Source: Candidatus Poribacteria bacterium (lineage in GTDB: Bacteria; Poribacteria; WGA-4E; WGA-3G). From it: 64,000 nt of DNA. The position numbers and the translations under genes are program-made. The notes below the pieces were generated by a model. The model saw only the letters and a program-made list of their open reading frames with translations, was not told the origin of the DNA and made no database searches. Shown piece by piece: positions 11,905 through 22,028 of this stretch. The DNA lies in NCBI GenBank assembly GCA_965205025.1, contig CBDBFU010000002.1, positions 1 through 64,000 of the forward strand, given 5' to 3'. Position 1 is the stretch's first letter. Each line of letters begins with the position of its first letter.

Positions 11905-11978
11905 AAAGTCAATCAGTCTAAAACCTATTGGTTAAGGTATAAATTATCATACCACAAGGATTATTAAGCGTTTAATAG

Positions 11979-12096
11979 TAATACCATTTCTGATAATTAA
12001 TGTCTCTTTAATGTAGCATAAACTTCCAGTTTGTGCTGTAGTTCAAGCCATGCATAACAACTGTTCATAGAATAAACATTTATAGAAATGGTATTA
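11979..12096. mobile_element. 118-bp MITE-like element with 13-bp perfect TIR enclosing a GTAG-type REP
   Basis: TAATACCATTTCT ... AGAAATGGTATTA; internal GTAGCATAAACTTCCAGTTTGTGCT. Confidence 0.65.
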
Positions 12097-12134
12097 CAAG
12101 TGAAGGGTGTGAGAGTAAATTCACAGAACGGATT

Positions 12135-12557
12135 CTAAGAACCAGTCATACGTTCCTGTTTAAGCATTTCAATCTCTTGCTGCAACGCTTGAATCTGTTG
12201 TTCTTGTGTTCGAATCTCTTTTCCCTGCCTTGCAACAAGTATCTGAGGCATTCCAACAGCAATAGCAATCAACGCAATTAAGGCAATAACAAGTGTAAAT
12301 ATCTGCTTTAATCGTCCATCCAATGTCTCAACCTTGAGATCTATGTATTGCTTAAGCTGGTTTTCAAACGTATCCACTCGCCCTTCCAATGTCTCAACCT
12401 TGAGATCTATGTATTGCTTAAGCTGGTTTTCAGATCTTTCAGCAGATTTATCAACAATGGATTGTATCTTCTCAAGATCGGTTTGTGTAAGTTCTGCAAA
12501 TGCAGAAGTCGTGAAGATGAGGAAACACAAAGCAATAAAAATAACCTTCTTATTCAT
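12135..12557 (-). CDS. signal peptide-coiled coil-TM-coiled coil protein with a 66-bp-period internal duplication
   Basis: ENQLKQYIDLKVETL occurs twice; AGGAG RBS; paralog at 17865-18284. Confidence 0.8.
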   Translation of the reverse strand: MNKKVIFIALCFLIFTTSAFAELTQTDLEKIQSIVDKSAERSENQLKQYIDLKVETLEGRVDTFENQLKQYIDLKVETLDGRLKQIFTLVIALIALIAIAVGMPQILVARQGKEIRTQEQQIQALQQEIEMLKQERMTGS

Positions 12558-12600
12558 TTGATGTCTCCTTGAGTAATTTCTTGTGTAAATTATACGATAA

Positions 12601-13504
12601 TAGTTAAAAGCAAAAATACCTTTACATTTTTTCTGATTTTGTGATAATAGTTATATTATGAGATATTCACCAGACTTACGAAAACGCGTTCTTGATTTCA
12701 TAGCAGCAGGTGGTAGTAAAGCAGAAGCTTCCCGTAGATTTCAAGTTTCACGCAGATCTATCTACAACTGGTTAGACGCAGTAGATCCTTTTACTTATGA
12801 AAAACCGGGGCCTCGTAAACCTTATCGGCTTGACCCAGAAGCACTCGCTGAACATGTCAAAGAATTCCCAGACAGCACGCAGAAGGAACGTGCTGCACAT
12901 TTTGGCGTGTCACAGCGGTGTATCTGTTATGGTCTGAAGCGGATCGGATGCACGCGAAAAAAAGACATTTACCTATAAAGAACAATGCCCAGTCAAACAG
13001 GAGGCCTATCTCACCCAACTTCAGACAGCACTTGTGAACGGAAAAACACCTGTTTTTGTTGAGGAAAGCGGTTTTAGCACAGAAAGTGTTCGTCAGTTCG
13101 CTTATGCGCCAAGAGGGGTTTGCGTATCGGATAAAATCTCAAGCAATCGGTATAGATGCACTACGCTGATTGCTGCACAAATACAAGGGCGTTTCACGGC
13201 TCCTGTACTTTTTGAAGGTGCTTGTGATGCGCTTGCCTTCAATGCGTGGCTTGAGAGCGTGCTGTGTCCACTACTTGACGCATCACACGTTGTCATATTG
13301 GATAATGCGTCTTTCCATAAAAGCCAGCAAACAGAGGCATTGATTGCTGCCTGTGGTGCGAGTTTACTTTTTTTACCTCCGTATTCGCCTGAACTCAATC
13401 CTATTGAAAGAGATTTCGCGAACATAAAACGTAAATGGGAATACAATGCTGAAGCGTCAATCGATGAAATCGTAAAAATGTACAAATAATTATGATTTCC
13501 ACTA
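12601..13504 (+). mobile_element. IS630-family insertion sequence
   Basis: Split transposase; imperfect terminal IRs TAGTTAAAAGCAAAAATA / TAGTGGAAATCATAATTA. Confidence 0.85.
12658..13489 (+). CDS. IS630 transposase (HTH ORF plus DDE ORF joined by a probable -1 frameshift at an A7G run near 12957-12964)
   Basis: YSPDLRKRVL HTH; VFVEESG, LDNASFHK, LPPYSPELNPIE. The first catalytic Asp appears as Glu. Confidence 0.88.
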
Positions 13505-13552
13505 TAAAGCAACCAAGAATCAAGATGTTTACAGTGACAAATTGTTCCGAAA

Positions 13553-16240
13553 TCAATTATCTTCGGCTTTAGCCTTCAAATCGTAAAGGATATTGACTGC
13601 ATCTAAGGGAGTCATCTGGGAGAGTTCTAACTTACGAATCTCTTCTACGAGAGGGTGGGTTTTAGGCGTGAACAGAGCCATCTGAAGCGAATCGCTCTGG
13701 ATCGTCTTCCGTGTAACTCTGCGTTTAGGACGGGGCATGGTCGGATTCCCTTTAGTCGATGGGGACGTTTCAGCATCCGCTTCAACACTGATATTATGTT
13801 GTTCAAGAACTTCAAGAATTTGCTGAGCACGAGAAATAACTACTTGTGGTAAACCCGCCAAACGTGCAACATGAATCCCATAACTCTGGTCCGCACCACC
13901 AGGAACAACTTTTCTAAGGAACGTAACCTTTTCTCCATCCTCGTGAACAGCGACATTATAGTTTTTTGCACGTTTATACTTACTCGCAAGTTCAACCAAC
14001 TCATGATAATGTGTAGCGAATAACGTCTTAGCACCCATTTTCTTTTCATCCAATAGATATTCAGAAACCGCCCACGCAATACTCAGACCGTCAAATGTAC
14101 TTGTTCCACGTCCAACTTCATCCAGAATTACAAGACTCTTCTGGGTGGCATTATTGAGAATATTTGCCGTTTCATTCATCTCAACAAGGAACGTGCTTTG
14201 TCCCATCACAAGATTATCTGACGCACCAACACGGGTGAAAATCCTATCCACCAAACCGATTTTCGCAGCGGAGGCAGGAACAAAACAACCTATCTGTGAC
14301 ATCAAAACAATCAATGCCGTCTGACGCAGATACGTGCTTTTCCCACTCATATTTGGACCCGTGATAATATGAAGCTGCTCCTCAGCACAGTTTAGCAGCG
14401 TATCATTCGGTACAAAACCCTCTTGTACGAATATCTGCTCTACGACAGGGTGCCGTCCATCCCGTATGATAATCTCGTCTGTATTCTCTACAGTCGGCTT
14501 AACATAGTCATATTTAGATGCACAATAGGCGAAGTTAGCAATTACATCAACCATCGCAATAATCCCAGAGATCTTCTGTATTATCTCCGTGGATTTTGCC
14601 ACTTCATCTCGTATTTCACAGAATAGATCGTATTCAAGCGTCTGTATGCGATCCTCCGCATTCAAGACCTTCGCCTCCTGTTCTTTAAGTTCAGGTGTGA
14701 TAAATCGTTCTGAGTTACGCAATGTCTGCTTACGGATATAATGCTCCGGTACCATATTAAGATTCGGTTTTGTCACTTCAATATAGTAGCCAAATACTTG
14801 GTTAAACCCGATCTTTAGAGATGTGATCCCGCTACGTTTCCGTTCCTCCTCCTGTAGTGCCGCCATCCATTCTCTACCTTGTCCCACAATTTCACGTAAT
14901 TCATCCAGTTCTGCATTATACCCATCACTTATCACACCACCTTCGCGAATTGTCGCGGGTGGGTTAGGGTGTATACCGTGTTCAATCAATTCAACCAACT
15001 CTGTCATGGGATTCAATTCCCCGTTCAGAGTAGTTAATAGCGAAGATTGACAGTTCTGAAGTTGTTGTTTAATAGCAGGAACAAGGTGAAGTGAGTCCTT
15101 CAGGGAATGTAAGTCGCGTCCGTTAACAGATCCGAGACTAATACGGGTAATAAGCCGTTCCATATCGCTCATTTGCCCTAACGCTTCCCGTAACTCCTCT
15201 TGTAGACTTATCTGTGTCTTAAGTTCATCTACCGCCTCTAAACGTTCTTGAATATCATCTACATCAAGCAAAGGCTGCAACAGACATTGTCTCAACTTCC
15301 GTCCACCCATTGATGTCATCGTTTGATCAAGGACTTCAAGCAACGTGCCATTCATAGATCCATCTCGGATAGAGGTTGTCAATTCCAGATTACGTTGCGT
15401 ATCGGCATCCAAAACCATGTATTCCGAAAGTATATAGGTCTGAAGTGATAGAATGTGCTCTACTTCTTGCTTCTGTGTCTCGTGTAAGTAATAAATCAAT
15501 GCACCCGCTGCGCAGATAGCAACAGAGAGATGTTCACACCCAAAACCATCAAGTGAAATGGTTTTAAAATGTTCCAAAAGTTCAGTCCGGGCAGAATCAA
15601 AATCGTATCGCCAGTCAGGTAGGAAATTCACAACCGATTTTAATTCAATCTTTAGCTGCTCAATCAATTCGTCTTCCTGAAAGGATTCCGCTAATAGACA
15701 TTCTTTGGGTGAAAAACGATTTATCTCTGCCCAAAGCCGCGAAAAATCTGTGAGTTCTGTTACCTGAAATTCACCTGTAGACAGATCGGCAACAGCAATG
15801 CCGTAAATATCTTTTTCCTGATAAACAGAGAGGATATAATTATTCGTCTTATGTTCAAGAACTTTTGGGTCAGTGACAGTCCCCGGGGTAACAATTCGGA
15901 CAACATCCCGTTTAACAAGCCGATTTTCATCTCTGGCAACTTTGGCATCCTCTGTCTGATCTAAAATAGCCACTTTATGTCCAGCAGAGACTAATTTGTA
16001 GAGGTAGGAATCAAGCGCATGGTGTGGAATACCTGCCATTGGAGGTGGGGGTGTTTTTTGGTTTTTATGACTTCTCGTAGTCAGTGCAATTTCAAGAAGT
16101 TTTGATATTAATTCTGCATCCTCATAGAATGCTTCATAAAAATCACCTACTCTACATAAAAGGATTGAATCTTCATGCTGTTTCTTTACCTGTCTGTAAA
16201 GCTCCATCATGGATAGGTCTGACTGTTTTGAACTGGACAT
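13553..16240 (-). CDS. mutS: DNA mismatch repair protein MutS
   Basis: GDFYEAF, TGPNMSGKST, DEVGRGTSTFDG, FATHYHEL, SYGIHVARLAG. Confidence 0.97.
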   Translation of the reverse strand: MSSSKQSDLSMMELYRQVKKQHEDSILLCRVGDFYEAFYEDAELISKLLEIALTTRSHKNQKTPPPPMAGIPHHALDSYLYKLVSAGHKVAILDQTEDAKVARDENRLVKRDVVRIVTPGTVTDPKVLEHKTNNYILSVYQEKDIYGIAVADLSTGEFQVTELTDFSRLWAEINRFSPKECLLAESFQEDELIEQLKIELKSVVNFLPDWRYDFDSARTELLEHFKTISLDGFGCEHLSVAICAAGALIYYLHETQKQEVEHILSLQTYILSEYMVLDADTQRNLELTTSIRDGSMNGTLLEVLDQTMTSMGGRKLRQCLLQPLLDVDDIQERLEAVDELKTQISLQEELREALGQMSDMERLITRISLGSVNGRDLHSLKDSLHLVPAIKQQLQNCQSSLLTTLNGELNPMTELVELIEHGIHPNPPATIREGGVISDGYNAELDELREIVGQGREWMAALQEEERKRSGITSLKIGFNQVFGYYIEVTKPNLNMVPEHYIRKQTLRNSERFITPELKEQEAKVLNAEDRIQTLEYDLFCEIRDEVAKSTEIIQKISGIIAMVDVIANFAYCASKYDYVKPTVENTDEIIIRDGRHPVVEQIFVQEGFVPNDTLLNCAEEQLHIITGPNMSGKSTYLRQTALIVLMSQIGCFVPASAAKIGLVDRIFTRVGASDNLVMGQSTFLVEMNETANILNNATQKSLVILDEVGRGTSTFDGLSIAWAVSEYLLDEKKMGAKTLFATHYHELVELASKYKRAKNYNVAVHEDGEKVTFLRKVVPGGADQSYGIHVARLAGLPQVVISRAQQILEVLEQHNISVEADAETSPSTKGNPTMPRPKRRVTRKTIQSDSLQMALFTPKTHPLVEEIRKLELSQMTPLDAVNILYDLKAKAEDN

Positions 16241-16526
16241 GGGAGTTGTCTCCACACTGGTGTGAACTGATGTTTTTTTGAGGTATATATTGCTTAATAA
16301 AATACCATAGATAGACGCCTCTGTCAATTGATTATGGGTAGCAGCTCAGAGGTATTCAATTGTCGAATATAGATAGATTCTGATGTATCCGTTTCTGGTG
16401 ATGGCGATTGATGATGTTGTTTTGGGATTGGGTGTGAACAGGAATTAGAGGAAAAGTTGAATGACCAGAGGGTTTCTTGCTTCTCTTCAGGATGATGTTA
16501 CTGCATGATCTCAGACAAATATAGTT

Positions 16527-17168
16527 TCAACTAAATTTTTCTTCTGAGTAGGGTTTTACCCCCAGTTGTAAAAGTTGTTTGTTATATGACGAATCAAAGG
16601 TATAAACAGGTTTGTCCCATTTTAATATTGTCTGTGCAAATTTTAAGGTCTTACTACTTTCTGCGGCGTGAGCGATTAAAATCTTACTCGCTAATGTAGC
16701 AACGAATGCGTTACGTTTACCAGCCATTTTAACGCTCTGCTGTGGTTTCTTGTCAAAAATAGATATAATCAGTAGCCTGCCTTCTGCTAAAGGTTTTTTC
16801 CACTCTAATTTTATACGCATGTTCTCAATACTCCGTGCGGGACTCATAATAATCGGTTGTGAACCGCGTAGCAACACTCGAAAGCATTCCTTTTCAATAG
16901 GTGAATGAAACCCTCCTATTGTTGATATACCTTTATTCTTGAACTCTTGTGCTAAGTCGTGTGTCTTTAATATAATCTCTCCCGGACATTTACTGGAACA
17001 GAATATTGCCCATAAAGCCCCTTCGTCGGTATCGTTTTGGCTACATGTCAGTAGATCTAAATTCCCATGCGTCCATATCGTTTCTGGGGTATCATTCTTC
17101 AAGTATGTCTTTATTTGTGATGGAAAGTTACTGTCTGTTTGTGTGATGTGTTGTATGTGTTGTGTCAC
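16527..17168 (-). CDS. short DprA/SLOG-family protein
   Basis: Rossmann-like AIFCSSKCPG, GGFHSPIEKE, A.KRNAFVA.LA, KPVYT; no N-terminal SAM domain. Confidence 0.75.
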   Translation of the reverse strand: MTQHIQHITQTDSNFPSQIKTYLKNDTPETIWTHGNLDLLTCSQNDTDEGALWAIFCSSKCPGEIILKTHDLAQEFKNKGISTIGGFHSPIEKECFRVLLRGSQPIIMSPARSIENMRIKLEWKKPLAEGRLLIISIFDKKPQQSVKMAGKRNAFVATLASKILIAHAAESSKTLKFAQTILKWDKPVYTFDSSYNKQLLQLGVKPYSEEKFS

Positions 17169-17366
17169 TACGGTTGATCTCTACATACTCCTTTGTGGAT
17201 ATATAAAGTTTTTGTCACTAAACATTATGCTCCTATGGTACCTGTATACCAATATTTATCTCAAGTATCATCTTTAGTATTCATCTCAACTGTAGTTATG
17301 TTAGATGTATAGATACTGTGTTTTGTAAAAAACTGTTAATATTTGTCGTCTTAAATCTTATACACT

Positions 17367-17670
17367 TTCACGGAAACCTTCACGGAGCAATTCTACGAAG
17401 CTTTATTCTATAAGGGTTTATAATTTAAAGTAGACCAATTCTCCGTGAATCACATTCGTTAATATTTATATTACATAGGTATGTATTAAGTACTTATATG
17501 TTTTTCATACGAAGTGTATTGGCACATAGCACTCCGCTGGAGTGCCAGACTGTTACGATATTGTTTTCTATAGACATAGTACTCCGTTGGAGTACGGTAT
17601 TTTTGATATAGAAAACTCCAAAAATAGACTTATCATTAGATTCTCAGTTTTCCTGAAATTGACTTGTTAA
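17367..17670. repeat. non-coding repeat modules, homologous to 60670-60905
   Basis: TTCACGGAAACCTTCACGGAGCAATTCTACG...TAAGGGTTTATAATTTAAAGTA...CTCCGTGAATCACA and CTATAGACATAGTACTCCG.TGGAGTACGGTATTTTTGATATA are shared between copies. Confidence 0.85.
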
Positions 17671-17864
17671 GATTATAGTAGTGAAGAATAAGCTGTAAAT
17701 AGCGAAATTCAGACTGTATGAATTGGAATTGAGGTTTCATTGGTGTGAAGTAAAGTGGCAATTACTTTACACACCCCTCCTTTGTCACAATTTGCCCATT
17801 TTTTTCTACATAAAACAACGCATTCTTTTGACGTTCGTTCAAGTTTAGTGATTTCCATATTTTT

Positions 17865-18284
17865 TTATGGTCTAACAATACGTTCTTGTTTTATCGTCTC
17901 TAACTCCTGCAGTAAGTTTTCAATCTGTTTCTGTTGGAATTCTATTTTCTCGTCTTGTGAACTGATGTCTTTTCGCTGCATTGCGACAATAATCTGTGGG
18001 ATCCCTACGACTACAGCGATGAAGGCGACTAAAGTTATTACTAACACAAATATGCTGTTCAATCGTTTGTCCATCTCCGCAATTGTAGCATTAACTGGGC
18101 GTACCTCTTTTTCAATTTCTTGAGAGACATATTCTTTTATACGCTTCTCAGATGCTTCAATTGCTGTCTCAACTTCCTCTTTGACAATTAATCGAATTTT
18201 GTTCAGGTCCGCATCCTTTAGTTGACTGAACACTGTTGGCGTAAATATCAATAGGATCAAGATTAGAATCAATATTAATTTCAT
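17865..18284 (-). CDS. signal peptide-coiled coil-TM-coiled coil protein (paralog of 12135-12557)
   Basis: Shared L...DL.KI..IV, LV..IAV.VG.PQI.VA.Q and QE.E.LKQER motifs. Confidence 0.8.
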   Translation of the reverse strand: MKLILILILILLIFTPTVFSQLKDADLNKIRLIVKEEVETAIEASEKRIKEYVSQEIEKEVRPVNATIAEMDKRLNSIFVLVITLVAFIAVVVGIPQIIVAMQRKDISSQDEKIEFQQKQIENLLQELETIKQERIVRP

Positions 18285-18310
18285 TTTGATATTCTCATAA
18301 GCAATTGACA

Positions 18311-18610
18311 TTAACAAGTTGTTGTGCATTCATAAGTGCTAAATGAATAAAGTCGCGTTCGTTTTTCAAGTTTTTCCAATAGAGAACGCAAGCAAACAAC
18401 GGTAAATCGATTTAGTCTACCGTTTCTTATTTGGGTCATTTTGTAAGTAGTGATTCCCAAGCAATTCGCAGCATCTTTTTGGGTCATTCCTTGTTTGGCA
18501 ATTAAAGAATTGATCTCATAAGCCAATTTTGCTTTTTCTAATCTCTCATCAGGTGAAGGAAGTCCTAAATCTTTGAATACATTGCCTGAACTTAGCGTAT
18601 AGTTTGCCAT
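18311..18610 (-). CDS. HigA-like XRE antitoxin
   Basis: SSGNVFKDLGLP and HTH MTQKDAANCLG; lies downstream of a RelE-like gene. Confidence 0.85.
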   Translation of the reverse strand: MANYTLSSGNVFKDLGLPSPDERLEKAKLAYEINSLIAKQGMTQKDAANCLGITTYKMTQIRNGRLNRFTVVCLRSLLEKLEKRTRLYSFSTYECTTTC

Positions 18611-18614
18611 AGAT

Positions 18615-18845
18615 TCATTCTCCTTTTGCTAAGTCTTGAGCAATTTTCAAGCGATGTTTGATAAGATCAATTTCTTTCTTCGGCGTTTGAATACCCTTTT
18701 TGGATTTCTTCTGGAAAGCGTGTAGCACGTATATTTTCTCGTTGATTTTAGTTGTGTATATCGATCTATAGGTATTGGTTTTGTAAGTGCTTTGAATTTT
18801 CATGACACTGGTAAATCCCTTTAGTGGTTTTGCTTTAGGGTGTGT
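18615..18845 (-). pseudogene. 5'-truncated RelE/HigB (Gp49-like) toxin
   Basis: KAKPLKGF...TYRSIY...IYVLHAFQKKSKKGI.TPKKEIDLI; N-terminus replaced by the element that starts at 18838. Confidence 0.8.
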
Positions 18846-19431
18846 AACGTTTTTGGCATATTTCTGATGGTCAAAAAGGTATAAAAACAGACATTTAATC
18901 CTAATATACAGATAAAAATGAGGTCTAAAAACAGACATTTAATCCTAAATACTCAGACAGTAGATTGTGTTGTTGCATTTCTCTATGGGTCAAAAAAATG
19001 AAAAAAGTTACACTTTTTGTCACACGGTGTGACATTGAAATTGGTGAAAATTACCCCTGTAAACCCTGTTATAGACTGACTTCACTCCAGTTTGAATTTG
19101 ATTTATAAGAAATTCGAAAAAATGTGATTTTGTGTTTTTGTTGTGCTTTCTGATTTTGGCATTCCCAACGGTTAAAAAGGCATGCTTTTTTGACGTATAT
19201 GAAACTTTGTAATTAGGATCGTTTTTATAGATAGTCATTAGTTTTAGTTTGTGTTCTAACCCCTAATTTATTTTCATTTTGACAGATATTCTTAATATGT
19301 GCTTCTGTTTTTGTGATATGTATGTTAGTTGTTATAGATGGATGTTTTCTTCATTTTATTTTCTGATTTTTTATAAAAATGTATGCTCCGTTTTATTTGA
19401 TGCTTGTTAATGCCATAAACTTTACACACCC
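18838..19431. mobile_element. 594-bp non-autonomous element with 22-bp TIRs
   Basis: GGGTGTGTAACGTTTTTGGCAT ... ATGCCATAAACTTTACACACCC (20/22 match); interior homologous to 60900-61430. Confidence 0.75.
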
Positions 19432-19517
19432 CAATTGTAAAGATAAAAATCTGAATGTGTTTACTCATCACCTCAATTCCCCAAACCCTGACGATATTTA
19501 ATAATGAAGTAGTGCGT

Positions 19518-19721
19518 CTATTCTTCCAAAGGATCTTCAATAGGCATTGGTTTGCTGCGTCCTTTATATATCAACCTAACCCGTATTATACCAGATCGGC
19601 GTGGCGGTGGAGGCGTTATGGCAACGTCCCAGTTAAGAATGTCATCTTCATCATAGTCCGGAAAAGCAAAGTGTTGTTTCGGTTTTTCTTTAGATGTGTT
19701 TGTCGGTTGTGTGTTTTTCAT
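19518..19721 (-). CDS. small hypothetical protein
   Basis: AGGAG RBS before ATG; 67 aa with a WD..I.PPPPRRSG.I.VRL motif. Confidence 0.55.
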   Translation of the reverse strand: MKNTQPTNTSKEKPKQHFAFPDYDEDDILNWDVAITPPPPRRSGIIRVRLIYKGRSKPMPIEDPLEE

Positions 19722-19794
19722 GATATGTTTAGTACTCCTTTGCATATAATTTTAACAGAATTTGGCAATAAGAACAAATGATTTACTCTGTTTC

Positions 19795-20555
19795 CAGGGT
19801 TATTTAGTTTTAAGAATTCTCATTTTATGATGTTAACTGCGAGTTTAGGATTTGAAGCATAATATTTCATCATATCAGCGATACGGGTAGTTCCTGTGAA
19901 CCGGAACACGGATAATGGTAATGTGTCTTCCCCAAGCAGCGTATCCCGCATCCAGTGCGACTTGTTCTCTATTGACCAATGTCCACGCCGTAAAGACAGT
20001 AAGCATTCTGCTGACGCTTCTTTAGGGACAGACTTGTCATCCCCATAGTGAGTTTATGTTTTTCTTCTCCTGTGTTTATGTTTTTGTAGCTATAGCGATA
20101 TTGGAATACTTGTGATATCCCCGGCCAGTCCAGATATTCATTGAGACTTGTGCTCGCTTTCAAACATCTTGTTTGTCGTCTACCGTGTGCTTTTTCAACT
20201 GTTTTGTGTATATCATAAGGTTCTCCCAAAACAGGATGTATCCTAAGATCCGTATCTGCTGTATCCGGTGTATCTTGAAACAGTTTCTCAATCCCACAAA
20301 ATAGAGATTCTGATTCTTTTTAACAGGAAGTAGATAGTCCCCACCTGCGTTTAGGATTGCCTGACAGAAGGGTTTTTGTGTCAAAAGTGCGTCGGTTGTG
20401 ATGACTTTATTTGACACATCAAAAGCGTTTAGGATCTCTATTGAGATAGGGATTTCGTTGGTTTTATCGCAAAGGATGTCGTTTTCCTTTATTATTGCGT
20501 GGGTCAAAACTTCTGCTAACATATCTATCAAGTGGCAAGATTTTCTTTTTGTCAT
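19795..20555 (-). pseudogene. degraded ISAs1-family transposase
   Basis: KTNEIP, VITTDALLTQ, YLLPVKKNQ, EKAHGR and RGHWSIENKSHW.RD in different frames; CAGGG terminus at 19795. Confidence 0.85.
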
Positions 20556-20702
20556 TATTCACCTCAAAAAGTGTTTGTTTTAAGGTGAAGCATAGCAGAT
20601 ATGGTGTGAGAAGTCACACTATATCTGCTTTTATAGATTATTAACAACTGTGATAAAAAAACGCACATAAAACCGAAAACAAAATAACCCTGTATCAAAA
20701 AC

Positions 20703-20732
20703 TTGACATATTGTTTAAATAAGGCATATAAT
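20703..20732 (+). promoter_or_regulatory. sigma70 promoter
   Basis: TTGACA-18 nt-TATAAT upstream of 20809. Confidence 0.6.
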
Positions 20733-20808
20733 AAAACACGCGTCAAATTATCAATAGGTTATAACATCCTTATTAGCAAAATAAATGCTATTATATTGGG
20801 AGAATTCC

Positions 20809-21504
20809 ATGAGAAAAAATCTAATATTTACTCTGTTTCTAATTCTTTCCTTAATATTCATCACTTCTATGTATGTATCCGCAGTAGAAGTAACCAAGGT
20901 TTCAGCTTACGGAAAAGGAAAACAAGTTTGGTTTGAAGCTGAACATTTCGACGAACGCGATTCTGACAATGTTTACAAATTAGGCAAAGAAGAAGGAGCA
21001 AAAGATCCGTCTGATGGTGCCTATGGTGATATAGTTACAAACGCCGGTGGAAAAGGTTGGATCTTATATAGATTTGATATCAGTCTTGCTGATGGAAAAG
21101 CTGGCGACTGGCGGTTTATTGGTAGGCTTATCAATCCAAGTAATCATTCCGATTGGTTGTGGGTTCTTGGAGATGATGGTGATACAATCCCGAAAGCAGA
21201 ACCAGGTTTCGTTCGACCTGACGACATCATCTTTGAAGAAAATTGTCCTGAATGGGTATGGATGCGAACTGGTGACTTTGGAAAAGATGCAGGTACAATC
21301 AACAAATTACAAGATGGTGAAAATGTTATGATGATCTGGACTCGTCAGAGTTCAAACATGGTTCAATACGATGTTTTTTGCTGGTCAAGTGATTTGGAGT
21401 ATGAACCCACAGATGAAGACTATGATAATGCTGAAGAAGCTTCTTTACCTGTGAATCCGAAAGGTCTACTAACCACTACATGGGGTCAGCTTAAGAATCG
21501 GTAG
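20809..21504 (+). CDS. secreted protein, probable jelly-roll/CBM-like fold, with a C-terminal TTTWG motif
   Basis: Signal peptide, WFEAEHF motif, ends LPVNPKGLLTTTWGQLKNR. Confidence 0.85.
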   Translation: MRKNLIFTLFLILSLIFITSMYVSAVEVTKVSAYGKGKQVWFEAEHFDERDSDNVYKLGKEEGAKDPSDGAYGDIVTNAGGKGWILYRFDISLADGKAGDWRFIGRLINPSNHSDWLWVLGDDGDTIPKAEPGFVRPDDIIFEENCPEWVWMRTGDFGKDAGTINKLQDGENVMMIWTRQSSNMVQYDVFCWSSDLEYEPTDEDYDNAEEASLPVNPKGLLTTTWGQLKNR

Positions 21505-21976
21505 CGGTCGTTGATTCTAATTCTGCCTGACATTCGGCACAGTGTCCAATAATTTCATTCCGGAAGCGGACAGGCTTAAAATTATGAGCATCGCAAACCG
21601 ACTTTTGCAATGCATCGATTTCTGGTTCTTTAAATTCTACAATTTGACCACAACGAAGACAAATTAAGTGGGCATGTTCTTTGAGTGAATGGATGCTTTC
21701 GTATCGAGTATTCTTATGTGCATCTATAAATTCTGTGAGCAGTCCACTTCTTACAAGTAACGGTAACGTCCGATAGATTGTGGGTCGTGAAACATCATAA
21801 CCGTTCCTACGCATCTGAACAAGAAGATCCTCCGTTTGAAAATGCCCCGGATACGCAAACACCTCACGCAGAATATCCATCCGCTTTTGCGTTAAACGCA
21901 ATCCAGTACTCTTTAGAAAATCTTCAAATTGCTGTTCAAACTCGCCATCACGAGTTGATTCTTCAGTAGATTCCAT
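21491..21976 (-). CDS. fur: Fur-family transcriptional regulator
   Basis: LRLTQKR, SRPTIYRTL, H.HLIC..CG and C..C. Confidence 0.9.
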   Translation of the reverse strand: MESTEESTRDGEFEQQFEDFLKSTGLRLTQKRMDILREVFAYPGHFQTEDLLVQMRRNGYDVSRPTIYRTLPLLVRSGLLTEFIDAHKNTRYESIHSLKEHAHLICLRCGQIVEFKEPEIDALQKSVCDAHNFKPVRFRNEIIGHCAECQAELESTTATDS

Positions 21977-22028
21977 GATTATTCTATTTCAATTTATCTG
22001 GGTTTACTCACTTTAGAACTTAACGGTA

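Noticed and set aside
19020-19238. Paralogous 72/83-aa ORFs (also 61028-61279) within the repeat
   Set aside because: Differences between the copies are mostly non-synonymous and the starts differ, so there is no sign of coding selection.
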